In this document: piece by piece, positions 1 to 8,984 of the stretch | How the letters are laid out: each line of letters begins with the position of its first letter | How positions within the stretch are numbered: the first letter of the stretch is position 1 | NCBI RefSeq assembly: GCF_000621645.1 | Contig: NZ_KK211324.1 | Location: 58,921-90,920 of the forward strand | Source of the DNA: Vibrio cholerae ATCC 14035 | GTDB lineage: Bacteria > Pseudomonadota > Gammaproteobacteria > Enterobacterales > Vibrionaceae | Direction: 5' to 3' | Length of the DNA stretch: 32,000 bases | Notes under the pieces: generated by a model | Told to the model about the DNA's origin: nothing | Databases searched by the model: none | What the model saw: only the letters and a program-made list of their open reading frames with translations | Translations under genes and position numbers: made by a program

Positions 1-653
1 CCTCGGCATTTGGCGGCATCATTGCCTTTAACCGCGAGCTGGATGGCGAAACCGCAAGAGCGATCATCGAGCGTCAGTTTGTGGAAGTGATCATTGCGCC
101 GAAAGTCTCGCAAGCCGCGATCGACATCGTCGCAGCAAAACAAAACGTACGTTTGCTGGAGTGTGGTGAATGGCAAGGCCAAACCACAGGATTTGATTTG
201 AAGCGCGTGAATGGTGGCTTATTGGTGCAAGATCGTGACCAAGGCATGGTGGCACAAGATGACCTACAAGTGGTTTCGACTCGTCAACCTAGCGACGCTG
301 AGCTGAAAGATGCTCTGTTCTGCTGGAAAGTAGCGAAATACGTGAAATCCAACGCGATTGTGTACGCCAAAGGCGACATGGCCATCGGCATCGGCGCGGG
401 TCAAATGAGCCGTGTTTACTCCGCGAAAATCGCCGGCATCAAAGCCGCCGATGAAGGCTTGGAAGTCGCGGGCAGCGTGATGGCATCGGATGCCTTCTTC
501 CCCTTCCGTGATGGGATTGATGCTGCGGCCGAAGCGGGCATTACCTGTGTTATCCAACCGGGCGGCTCAATGCGCGACCAAGAGGTGATTGATGCGGCCA
601 ACGAACACGGTATGGCGATGATCTTCACCGGTATGCGTCACTTCCGTCATTAA
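1..653 (+). CDS. purH: Bifunctional AICAR transformylase / IMP cyclohydrolase PurH, C-terminal part (5' end is upstream of the window)
   Basis: The reading frame is open from the window edge (codons from nt 3: [26 protein letters not shown]...). It ends ...[15 protein letters not shown], the conserved PurH C-terminus. purD follows 58 nt downstream, as in the purHD operon. Confidence 0.95.
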   Translation, partial: SAFGGIIAFNRELDGETARAIIERQFVEVIIAPKVSQAAIDIVAAKQNVRLLECGEWQGQTTGFDLKRVNGGLLVQDRDQGMVAQDDLQVVSTRQPSDAELKDALFCWKVAKYVKSNAIVYAKGDMAIGIGAGQMSRVYSAKIAGIKAADEGLEVAGSVMASDAFFPFRDGIDAAAEAGITCVIQPGGSMRDQEVIDAANEHGMAMIFTGMRHFRH

Positions 654-711
654 TTGGCATGATTGGTATGGGGTGCAACGCGCCCCATCTTGTTTAAGTA
701 AGGATTTCACA

Positions 712-2001
712 ATGCAAGTTCTCATCATCGGCTCTGGCGGTCGCGAACACGCACTGGCGTGGAAAGTGGCACAAAACCCACAAGTTGACACTATTTACGT
801 CGCGCCCGGCAATGCGGGTACTGCCCTTGAGCACAAGGTGCAAAACGTCAACATTGGCATCACCGACATTCCAGCACTGGTTGCCTTTGCTCAAGATAAA
901 GCGATTGAGCTGACCATCGTTGGCCCAGAAGCACCACTGGTGATTGGTGTGGTCGATGCGTTTCGCGCTGCAGGTTTACCGATTTTTGGCCCCACCCAAG
1001 GCGCGGCGCAACTAGAAGGCTCCAAAGCCTTCACTAAAGATTTCCTCGCTCGCCATCACATTCCAACAGCGGCTTACGCCAACTTCACTGAAATTGAGCC
1101 AGCTCTGGCTTATGTGCGTAAAAAAGGTGCGCCGATTGTCGTGAAAGCCGACGGTTTAGCGGCGGGCAAAGGCGTAATTGTTGCGATGACTCTGCAAGAG
1201 GCCGAAAACGCAATTCAAGACATGCTAGCTGGCAATGCCTTTGGTTCAGCAGGCAGCCGTGTGGTGGTTGAAGAATTCCTTGATGGAGAGGAAGCGAGCT
1301 TTATCGTGATGGTTGATGGTGAAAACGTCCTGCCTATGGCCACCAGCCAAGATCACAAACGCGTGGGCGATGCCGATACTGGCCCGAACACCGGCGGTAT
1401 GGGTGCTTACTCACCAGCGCCAGTGGTGACACAGGACGTCCATGATCGCGTAATGCGTGAAGTGATTTACCCAACCGTGCGCGGCATGGCAGCCGAAGGC
1501 AACACCTACACAGGCTTCCTCTACGCGGGTTTGATGATAGATAGCACTGGTGCACCGAAAGTGATTGAGTACAACTGCCGCTTTGGTGACCCAGAAACCC
1601 AACCGATCATGATGCGTCTGCAATCGGATCTGGTTGAGCTGTGCCAAGCAGCAATTGCGGGCAAACTGGATCAAGTGGAATCGAAGTGGGATCCACGCGC
1701 CTCGATCGGTGTGGTTCTCGCCGCTGGCGGCTACCCTGGCGATTACACCAAAGGTGAGGTGATTTCAGGTCTACCGACTCAAGAAAGCGCAGGACAAAAA
1801 GTGTTCCACGCAGGCACCGAAACCCAAGGCGACCAAGTGGTTACGAATGGCGGTCGCGTATTGTGTGCCACGGCGCTGGGCAATACCGTATTAGAAGCGC
1901 AGCAACGCGCTTACCAACTGGCGGATCAAATCCACTGGAATGGTATGTTCTGCCGCCGCGATATCGGTTATCGCGCGATTGCGCGTGAGCAAGCCAAGTA
2001 A
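712..2001 (+). CDS. purD: Phosphoribosylamine--glycine ligase (GAR synthetase)
   Basis: Track ORF 673..2001 uses an alternative start. The canonical N-terminus MQVLIIGSGGREHALAWK begins at ATG 712, with AAGGA about 7 nt upstream. The product is 429 aa, ATP-grasp PurD-like throughout, directly after purH. Confidence 0.95.
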   Translation: MQVLIIGSGGREHALAWKVAQNPQVDTIYVAPGNAGTALEHKVQNVNIGITDIPALVAFAQDKAIELTIVGPEAPLVIGVVDAFRAAGLPIFGPTQGAAQLEGSKAFTKDFLARHHIPTAAYANFTEIEPALAYVRKKGAPIVVKADGLAAGKGVIVAMTLQEAENAIQDMLAGNAFGSAGSRVVVEEFLDGEEASFIVMVDGENVLPMATSQDHKRVGDADTGPNTGGMGAYSPAPVVTQDVHDRVMREVIYPTVRGMAAEGNTYTGFLYAGLMIDSTGAPKVIEYNCRFGDPETQPIMMRLQSDLVELCQAAIAGKLDQVESKWDPRASIGVVLAAGGYPGDYTKGEVISGLPTQESAGQKVFHAGTETQGDQVVTNGGRVLCATALGNTVLEAQQRAYQLADQIHWNGMFCRRDIGYRAIAREQAK

Positions 2002-2027
2002 GCGGGCATCCATCTTCTTATCAATAG

Positions 2028-2057
2028 AAAAAAGCGCGAACTTCGCGCTTTTTTATT
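2028..2057. terminator. Bidirectional rho-independent terminator between convergent purD and the lipoprotein gene
   Basis: aaaaaaGCGCGaacttCGCGCttttttatt: a GC stem flanked by an A-run on one side and a T-run on the other, about 27 nt after the purD stop. Confidence 0.8.
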
Positions 2058-2100
2058 CGATAGGTTTTTTATTCGATTAGATTGGCAAACATGGGCCGAT

Positions 2101-2796
2101 TTAATCAAGCAACTCCGGCTCTTTCACACAATCGTGACCCGCATCATCGAGCAACAGCAGCTCGTCGATATGCACTTTGCCGTTACGGATCTTGCCTAAA
2201 AACGCCACATAGCTTTCGATAGAAGCTAGGCGGTTAAACGCAAAGCTGGGCAAACTTTGATTAAACTCGACGCGCTGATACTCAACGCCCTGACAAGTCT
2301 CAAAGGTTTTACCATTCCAGTAGCCTTGGATCAGCTCTAAACCTTGTTTGTCCTGCTCTTTGGTTGCCTCTGCCACCGCTTTGGCTTGCAAAACGTAGTG
2401 AGCCAGTTGCTCTTCATTCATCGGCAGTACTTTTCCGCCCAACCGATACTGCTGATACACCGCTTCGCCTTCTTTGCTAAAACGAATATGGACGCGAAAC
2501 GGCACCAACTTCTTACCATCCAGATGCTCACCTTCACGGCGAATCTCACGCACTTGTCCCTCTTCCCAGCGATAGCTGGTTTGATAACTGCCGTAGTCAC
2601 CGGAGGTCACGTAGTCTGAGGCTGAGCTCGGTTTTTGAAAGCGTTCGGTATACCAGTAAAAACTGGTCGCATCACCAATCGTTTTACCACCAGTAAATTG
2701 ATTGATCTGCTCAAGATTGGGATTAGGAGTAGGAGTAGACGAGCACCCAGCCAATAAGCCAGAGAGCAAAAAGAGGAAGGATAACTGCTGCTTCAT
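2101..2796 (-). CDS. Lipoprotein, YjaH/DUF1481-like (family assignment from memory and synteny)
   Basis: Track ORF 2101..2820. I moved the start to ATG 2796 (MKQQLSFLFLLSGLLAGCSS: signal peptide plus lipobox LLAG|C), because the upstream 24 nt lie inside the hupA terminator hairpin. Its position next to hupA matches enterobacterial yjaH. Confidence 0.7.
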   Translation of the reverse strand: MKQQLSFLFLLSGLLAGCSSTPTPNPNLEQINQFTGGKTIGDATSFYWYTERFQKPSSASDYVTSGDYGSYQTSYRWEEGQVREIRREGEHLDGKKLVPFRVHIRFSKEGEAVYQQYRLGGKVLPMNEEQLAHYVLQAKAVAEATKEQDKQGLELIQGYWNGKTFETCQGVEYQRVEFNQSLPSFAFNRLASIESYVAFLGKIRNGKVHIDELLLLDDAGHDCVKEPELLD

Positions 2797-2828
2797 AAAC
2801 AAAAACGCCGAGATGTTCAATCTCGGCG
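2797..2828 (-). terminator. Rho-independent terminator of hupA
   Basis: Perfect 9-bp stem CGCCGAGAT (2806-2814) / ATCTCGGCG (2820-2828) with a 5-nt loop. On the minus strand it is followed by tttttgttt. It lies 14 nt after the hupA stop. Confidence 0.85.
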
Positions 2829-2841
2829 TAGTATAAAGGAA

Positions 2842-3114
2842 TTACTTGATCGCGTCTTTCAGCGCTTTACCTGCTACGAATGCAGGAACGTTAGCTGCCG
2901 CAATTTTGATCTCTTCACCGGTCTTTGGATTACGGCCAGTACGAGCAGAACGATGATTAACTTTGAATGTACCAAAACCAATCAGTTGTACTTGGTCGCC
3001 GTCTTTCAGAGCACCTTCAACCGCACCCAGAGTCGCTTCAAGAGCTGCTTTCGCTTGCACTTTAGTCAGGTCCGCTTTCTCTGCGATAAAGTCGATCAAT
3101 TGGGTCTTGTTCAT
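2842..3114 (-). CDS. hupA: DNA-binding protein HU-alpha
   Basis: 90 aa, [32 protein letters not shown]...[45 protein letters not shown]. This is the classic HU fold sequence. ATG at 3114 has AAGGGA upstream. Confidence 0.95.
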   Translation of the reverse strand: MNKTQLIDFIAEKADLTKVQAKAALEATLGAVEGALKDGDQVQLIGFGTFKVNHRSARTGRNPKTGEEIKIAAANVPAFVAGKALKDAIK

Positions 3115-3485
3115 TTAGGTTTCCCTTCTCAATAGGTTATCGAATCGAGCTCACTCTAAAACATAAATGCCCGCTCTGGCAAAGGTTTGTCGCGCAACTT
3201 TCGCTTTTATGACGCACTTTTAACCGTAATCTGAGTAACAACTCACAATTTGTTACTAATCCAGCCACAGGTTTACTTGTAATTGAGTGAGAGAAACCTT
3301 ATTTAAAAAGGGCTAATCGACTGGGAAGCCTGTCATTTCAATCGATTTAGTGACTGAAAAAAGCACTTTCGGCTCCTTCAGGCGAAGCGATTTTTCTTCA
3401 TATTCTCCCTGTACTTTGCGGCCTTTACCGCGAAGATTGTGAGAAGAAAAGAGTTCGAACGTGCACTTTAAAACAAAGGAATTTT

Positions 3486-4544
3486 ATGTTTCTGCTTGCG
3501 ATATATATCTCTGTCGCGATTGGCGTATCGTTTATCTGTTCAGTTTTAGAAGCGGTACTCTTAAGTATTACCCCAAGCTATCTAGCCCAGTTGCGCCAAC
3601 AAGGCAACCCTGCGGCTAATCGCCTAGCAGGCCTAAAGGCGGACATCGACCGCCCACTCGCCTCGATTCTGACCCTCAATACCATTGCGCACACCATAGG
3701 TGCTGCGACGGCTGGCGCACAAGCGGCGGTGGTGTTTGGTAGCCAGTGGCTTGGCCTGTTCTCTGCTGTGCTCACCCTAGGCATTCTGGTGCTGTCGGAA
3801 ATCGTGCCCAAAACCATAGGTGCGACCTACTGGCGTGAACTCGCTCCCCAAGCTTCTCTCGTGCTGCGTTGGATGGTATGGGCGCTGACGCCGTTCGTCT
3901 GGTTCTCAGAGCAGATCACTAAGCGCCTCGCGCGCAAAGTTGAAGCGCCAAAGCTACGTGACGAGATCTCCGCGATGGCGATGTTGGCCAATGAAAACGG
4001 TGAGTTTGCAGAAGGCGAATCAAAAATGCTGAACAACTTACTGGCGATTCAAAATGTGCCAGTAACGCAAGTTATGACGCCGCGCCCGGTACTGTTTCGC
4101 GTTTCCGCGGATCTAACGATTGATGAATTTATCGAGCAGCACCGCGATACGCCGTTCTCGCGCCCGCTGATTTACAGCGAAGAGAAAGACAACATTGTCG
4201 GCTTTGTGCACCGCCTTGAGTTGTTTAAAGAGCAGCAAAATGGCCAAGGAAACTTGCTACTGGGTGATGTGATGCGCCCAATCCATGTGGTGCTCAACAC
4301 CTTGAGCTTACCAAAAGCCTTCGACCAGATGATGCAAAAGCGCTTGCAACTGTCAGTCGTGGTAGACGAATACGGCTCAGTGCAGGGTTTGCTTACCTTA
4401 GAAGACATCTTCGAGCACTTGCTCGGCGAAGAGATTATCGATGAAGCCGACCGCACAACCGATATGCAGCAACTAGCCACCGAACGCTGGGAGCACTGGA
4501 AGCGCCAGCATCGCATGATCGAAAGCCGCGACGAAGTGGAATAA
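3486..4544 (+). CDS. CNNM/DUF21-CBS family membrane transporter (HlyC/CorC-type, 'hemolysin-like')
   Basis: 352 aa. The N-terminal half is hydrophobic and DUF21-like (MFLLAIYISVAIGVSFICSVLEAVLLSITPSYL...). It is followed by a CBS-pair-like region (VMTPRPVLFRVSADLTIDEF...VVDEYGSVQGLLTLEDIFEHLLGEEI). AAGGAA lies 5 nt before ATG 3486. No C-terminal CorC_HlyC domain is apparent. Confidence 0.8.
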   Translation: MFLLAIYISVAIGVSFICSVLEAVLLSITPSYLAQLRQQGNPAANRLAGLKADIDRPLASILTLNTIAHTIGAATAGAQAAVVFGSQWLGLFSAVLTLGILVLSEIVPKTIGATYWRELAPQASLVLRWMVWALTPFVWFSEQITKRLARKVEAPKLRDEISAMAMLANENGEFAEGESKMLNNLLAIQNVPVTQVMTPRPVLFRVSADLTIDEFIEQHRDTPFSRPLIYSEEKDNIVGFVHRLELFKEQQNGQGNLLLGDVMRPIHVVLNTLSLPKAFDQMMQKRLQLSVVVDEYGSVQGLLTLEDIFEHLLGEEIIDEADRTTDMQQLATERWEHWKRQHRMIESRDEVE

Positions 4545-4620
4545 AAAACGGGAGCTTACGCTCTAATGCCGATCAGTTAAGCAAAAAATGATCGGTTGAA
4601 CGATGTAAATAATGACGGAT

Positions 4621-4659
4621 AAAGGCTCTTAGAATTAGCACTTAGAGCCTTTATTTTTC
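4621..4659 (+). terminator. Rho-independent terminator downstream of the CNNM gene
   Basis: AAAGGCTCT (4621-4629) pairs with AGAGCCTTT (4644-4652), followed by atttttca. Confidence 0.7.
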
Positions 4660-4891
4660 AACTTACCAACGCACTTAATCTTGCCAAGGCTACGCCACAA
4701 TACCGACCAGCTTGGTGTGGATTAAGTTTTTGAGTGTAAAGGCGCGATGTGGAGAACATCAGAGACAAAAGAAAACCGTAAAATATTTCATGTGGCGTCG
4801 ACAAAGAAGCAAAATAGCAGAAATAAGCTTGAGGGATTATTGCTCAGTAAATGCCCCATTAATCAACAGGGCGTTTGCGAATTATTCAGTG

Positions 4892-5779
4892 CTAAAGCCA
4901 AGCTGCACCACGAATGCCACTGCTGTCTCCAAATACTGCTTTTGCAAAATGTACTTGAGCTGAGTCAGAAAACACATGTCTTGCAGTTGCAGTGGGTAAA
5001 TCTCGATACAACTCATCAATATTAGAAAGTCCGCCACCAAGAACAATTATATCTGGATCGAGCACATTAACTAATCCAGCAAAACTACGTGCCATGTGAT
5101 CAATTAGTTGTGTATAACAATGTATAGCTTCCGGTTCTTGTTGCTTATACCGCTTCATGATTTCTGAAGCGGTAATACATTCACCCGTTAAAGCTTGGTA
5201 GCTATCCTGAAAACCACTTCCTGAAATAAATCTCTCAATACAATTCTGTCGACCACAATAACAGTACCGTGCTGCCCCATCCTGTTCGAGATGATATCCG
5301 GGGAGTGGATTATGCCCCCATTCACCACATATGGCATTTGGCCCAACTAATACCTGACGATTAACTACAATGCTACCCCCGCAACCTGTACCGAGTATCG
5401 CACCAAAAACGACCATACTTTCTTTACCAGCCCCATCGATTGCTTCTGAAAGAGCAAAACAGTTTGCATCGTTAGCTAGTTTGACCTCGCGACCTAAACG
5501 GTACTGCAAGTCACTTGATAAGTCCTGCCCATTGAGGAAGGTACAATTGGCATTTTTGATCAGGCCAGTAACTGGACTGACTGCACCAGGTAGGCCGATA
5601 CCAATCGAATCAACAGGTTGGGTGGCTTGCTCAGCATCCACAATCAGACTACAGACACAATCGACAAACTGAGAATAATTATCTGGCGTTGCGATACGCT
5701 GTCGATAGAGCATACTACCTTGCTTATCTAACACACATATTTCTATTTTTGTGCCACCAATATCCAATCCAATCAGCAT
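4892..5779 (-). CDS. mak: ROK-family sugar kinase, Mak-like manno(fructo)kinase
   Basis: The core MLIGLDIGGTKIE..KNANCTFLNGQ..ANDANCFALSEA..GEWGHNPLPG..CYCGRQNCIERFISGSGF..FGDSSGIRGAAWL follows E. coli Mak (YajF) motif by motif, including the ROK zinc-cysteine motif, and is less like NagK. I chose ATG 5779 (AAGGA 7 nt upstream) over the longer track ORF start at 5872. Confidence 0.8.
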   Translation of the reverse strand: MLIGLDIGGTKIEICVLDKQGSMLYRQRIATPDNYSQFVDCVCSLIVDAEQATQPVDSIGIGLPGAVSPVTGLIKNANCTFLNGQDLSSDLQYRLGREVKLANDANCFALSEAIDGAGKESMVVFGAILGTGCGGSIVVNRQVLVGPNAICGEWGHNPLPGYHLEQDGAARYCYCGRQNCIERFISGSGFQDSYQALTGECITASEIMKRYKQQEPEAIHCYTQLIDHMARSFAGLVNVLDPDIIVLGGGLSNIDELYRDLPTATARHVFSDSAQVHFAKAVFGDSSGIRGAAWL

Positions 5780-5837
5780 GTAGAATTCCTTTTGCTCTAT
5801 GGGATGCTCATCATGGTCCGCCATGCTCGAACCATTA

Positions 5838-7037
5838 TTAATTGTATGCTCGCGCGACACGTCCTGCTGCACTTAAGCAGTATTTTTCCGTATAGGCGGG
5901 AATAAAGACCGATTGCCCTTTGTGTACTGTAAGAACGGTGCCGCAAGGACTAACTAAAGTAGCATCGCAATCAATTGGCAGTAAAATTTCGGCGCTACTA
6001 ACTGTGATATTAGCTTGCTGCGGTCGTGGGAAAATCGCGAACTTAAAATCCGCTACAGGCACTGGGAAACTGAGCATATCTCCTTGTTGAATTGGTGTGA
6101 GCAATAAGGTGGCTTCAGATTTTTCCTTAAATAGAGTGCATTTAGCAAGTTCTACCACATCAATATGCTTTGGAGTGAGCCCAGCACGCAGCACATTATC
6201 GGAATTAGCCATGATTTCCAAAGCTGTACCTTTCAAGTAAGCATGAGGTGTGCGCGCATCTAAGAACATTGCTTCGCCAGGTTGAAGGGTTAAAACATGC
6301 AGCATCAAAGGCGCGAAAAGGCCAATGTCATTTGGGTATTGTGTCGCTAGTTCTTCGATTAAGGCAAATATAGGTTGTTTTGCATGCGATCGAGCATAGC
6401 TAAGCAATTGTTCTAAAACGCGTCTTTTTTTTTCACCACAGAGTGAGAGTAATTTAGTAAAAAAGTGTTCGAGCCCTGTTTCGTTTTGGTTTCGTTTAAG
6501 GTGGCTCAATAGCGAAGCTATTTCATCGATAGCCAAGGCGCTAAATAGTGAAATAATGTCACTTAATGGACGAAAACCATTCATGGCTTGATAATTGGTA
6601 AGCGCGTAAACCAGTTCTGGTTTATGGTTAGGATCTTTATAGTTTCGATTTGTAGCGTTTATCAAAATTCCTTGGGCATTTTCGCGAGCAAATCCTTCCT
6701 CTGCTTCTGCTTTGCTTGGGTGAACTTGAATCGAAAGCGCTTGATTTGCAGCAAGAATTTTAAACAAATAAGGTAGCTCACCAAACTGTTCTACTGTTTG
6801 GATTGAGAGAAAGTCAGTTTTTTTTTGTTCTATTAGAGTACTGAGTTTTATTTTTTCTCCAGAAAATTCGACGTATGAGCAACCATTCGGGTGAGTACCC
6901 ATCCATACTTCAGCTTGAGGTTCTCCCTTTGGATTAGGAATGTCAAACAACTGGTTTATTGAGTCAATACTGCCCCATGCGTATGATTGGATAACGTTAT
7001 GCATAATAAAAAATGGAGCTGGAATTGCGGTGTTCAT
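5838..7037 (-). CDS. manA: Mannose-6-phosphate isomerase, class I
   Basis: 399 aa, collinear with E. coli ManA: VIQSYAWGS, AEVWMGTHP, GELPYLFKILAANQALSIQVHP, NYKDPNHKPELVYAL, HAYLKGTALEIMANSDNVLRAGLTPKHIDV, ending RVARAYN. ATG 7037 has AGGGA upstream. Confidence 0.93.
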   Translation of the reverse strand: MNTAIPAPFFIMHNVIQSYAWGSIDSINQLFDIPNPKGEPQAEVWMGTHPNGCSYVEFSGEKIKLSTLIEQKKTDFLSIQTVEQFGELPYLFKILAANQALSIQVHPSKAEAEEGFARENAQGILINATNRNYKDPNHKPELVYALTNYQAMNGFRPLSDIISLFSALAIDEIASLLSHLKRNQNETGLEHFFTKLLSLCGEKKRRVLEQLLSYARSHAKQPIFALIEELATQYPNDIGLFAPLMLHVLTLQPGEAMFLDARTPHAYLKGTALEIMANSDNVLRAGLTPKHIDVVELAKCTLFKEKSEATLLLTPIQQGDMLSFPVPVADFKFAIFPRPQQANITVSSAEILLPIDCDATLVSPCGTVLTVHKGQSVFIPAYTEKYCLSAAGRVARAYN

Positions 7038-7322
7038 ATATGGTCCCTAGTCAAAAAAATACTTGCATTATAAACTGCACATATTCAATTACAGCATGCA
7101 ATATCAAAACATTTAGATTCCTACCTAAAATATAGAAACTGCTTTGGCAGAAAAAAATCAAGATACTACTTCCAAACGAAACACCAACAAAGAAATAGGC
7201 TTATGAACATCATTACACTACTTGGAGGTTGGAAAGATAGTAAAATAAACGAAAAAGCTGCCTAAGACGCTTTGGGAAAGATGACTCAAATTGTAAGCCA
7301 TCCTTGACGGATAAGAATTTCC

Positions 7323-7363
7323 CCCCTGTCTATTGAACAAAAATTGTGTTCAATAGACAGGGG
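7323..7363. repeat. Perfect 17-bp inverted repeat (hairpin, 7-nt loop), possibly a terminator for yjaG
   Basis: CCCCTGTCTATTGAACA (7323-7339) / TGTTCAATAGACAGGGG (7347-7363). It lies 37 nt downstream of the yjaG stop, with no adjacent T-tract on either strand. Confidence 0.6.
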
Positions 7364-7399
7364 ACTATCTCTGAGAATTCTTTTTCAATCGCGAGGAAA

Positions 7400-7987
7400 T
7401 TACAACTCCACCCCAATATTGCTGACCCCTTCTTCGCGCAGCTCTTTGCGTAGGTCTTTGATGAGGTCAATGTCACGCTCAACCGCTTCACGCAGCGGAC
7501 GGAAAATCGCCCACTGTACATCCCACTCGGCGCACACGGCTTCATTCTCTTTTTGGTTATCGTTGGTGATGGCTTCACCGGTTTGTGCTTCTTCCAGTTG
7601 AGCGACGGTTTGTACCGAAATCTGGCTCACTTTGATCATAGATTCCGCTAAATCATCACGATCCAACAAACCATGCAGCAGGGTTGCCAAGCCTTCACAG
7701 GCATCAATCGCGGGATACACGGCGTACAAATCAAACGCATCCGAAGTTGGGATCAGCTCTTCGAGCTTTTCAAGCTGATGCTCAAAGTTCACTTTGGCAT
7801 TTTTTACCGTCATCAATTCCCACACGCTGTCGAGAATGTCACGGTAGATACGCGCCTCAGCAAACTGCGTGTGCTCACAGAACATAGCGTAATTCGGATA
7901 CATACGTTCACACAGACAGGCCATAAAGGTAATCTGTTGCCAAGGTTCAAACTTCTCAAGACGAAGCTGTAGAGGGTTTTGTAACAT
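7400..7987 (-). CDS. yjaG: DUF416 protein YjaG
   Basis: From ATG 7987: MLQNPLQLRLEKFEPWQQITFMACLCERMYPNYAMFCEHTQF...DLRKELREEGVSNIG. This is collinear with E. coli YjaG. The 27-codon N-terminal extension in the track ORF is not conserved. Confidence 0.88.
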   Translation of the reverse strand: MLQNPLQLRLEKFEPWQQITFMACLCERMYPNYAMFCEHTQFAEARIYRDILDSVWELMTVKNAKVNFEHQLEKLEELIPTSDAFDLYAVYPAIDACEGLATLLHGLLDRDDLAESMIKVSQISVQTVAQLEEAQTGEAITNDNQKENEAVCAEWDVQWAIFRPLREAVERDIDLIKDLRKELREEGVSNIGVEL

Positions 7988-8060
7988 AGTCACTTCAAAT
8001 CGTTGCGGAAAAAGACAGCGGAAGTGTACTGGATAACCATAAGGGAAAAAAGACGCGCCT

Positions 8061-8984
8061 ATGAACAATTTCCACCAGCTGTATATTCTGACTGAACATG
8101 ATGAACACTACCGCGAGCAGATCCTTGAGCGCCAACTGGAAGGGCTCGCCTTGACCGAAGATCGCGCCAAGGCCACGATTTTGTTGGCCGCACCGCCGAT
8201 GGCCGCCCGCCGTTTGGATGAGTTTCCGCGCTTGCAATGGCTGCATTCCGCCTATGCCGGCGTCGATACCTTGATGGACCCCAAACTGCGCAAAAACTAT
8301 CTGCTGACCAACGTCAAAGGCATCTTCGGGCACCTGATCGCCGAGTATGTGATGGGTTACGCTATCCAATATCAGCGCGATTTTCGCCTGTATCAAACCC
8401 AACAAGCTGAGCGCCTTTGGCAGCCGCGCCCTTACTCTTCACTTGCCAATCAAACCCTAGTGATTTTGGGCACTGGCTCGATTGGTAGCCATTTAGCCCA
8501 TGTGGCTAAACAGTTTGGGCTGCGAGTGGTGGGCGTCAATCGCACCGGCATTCCGGCCAAAGAAGGGCATTTTGATGCCACTTATCACATCAGTGAGCTG
8601 CCAGCCGCTTTAATGCGCGCCGACTTACTGGTGAATACGCTGCCCAACACCCCCGCAACCGAAGGGCTGCTCAATCAAGAAAATCTTCGCCACTGCCACC
8701 AAGCGCTGCTGTTTAACGTCGGGCGTGGCAAAACGTTAGTAGAGCAGGGTCTGCCGGATTTAATTGCAGCAGGACACATTCGCCACGCGTTTTTGGATGT
8801 GTTTATCAAAGAGCCACTCGCTCAAGATCACCCATTCTGGGACAATCCGGCGATCACCATCACACCACACATCGCGGCGGTCAGCTTTCCAGAGCAAGTG
8901 GTCGATATCTTCGCCGATAACTACCAACGTTGGTGCGATAACTTGCCACTGCGTAATCAGATTGATTTTGAAAAAGGCTACTGA
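8061..8984 (+). CDS. D-isomer-specific 2-hydroxyacid dehydrogenase (GhrA-like glyoxylate/hydroxypyruvate reductase family)
   Basis: 307 aa. It has an NAD-binding GTGSIGSHLA motif. The C-terminal LVNTLPNTPATEGLLN...FLDVFIKEPL...ITITPHIAAVS resembles the catalytic region of E. coli GhrA. Confidence 0.85.
   Translation: MNNFHQLYILTEHDEHYREQILERQLEGLALTEDRAKATILLAAPPMAARRLDEFPRLQWLHSAYAGVDTLMDPKLRKNYLLTNVKGIFGHLIAEYVMGYAIQYQRDFRLYQTQQAERLWQPRPYSSLANQTLVILGTGSIGSHLAHVAKQFGLRVVGVNRTGIPAKEGHFDATYHISELPAALMRADLLVNTLPNTPATEGLLNQENLRHCHQALLFNVGRGKTLVEQGLPDLIAAGHIRHAFLDVFIKEPLAQDHPFWDNPAITITPHIAAVSFPEQVVDIFADNYQRWCDNLPLRNQIDFEKGY

Noticed and set aside
7203-7265. A 20-codon plus-strand mini-ORF (MNIITLLGGWKDSKINEKAA) in the AT-rich manA upstream region.
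   Set aside because: It has no convincing ribosome-binding site, and I cannot assess conservation. It is expected by chance in AT-rich DNA.
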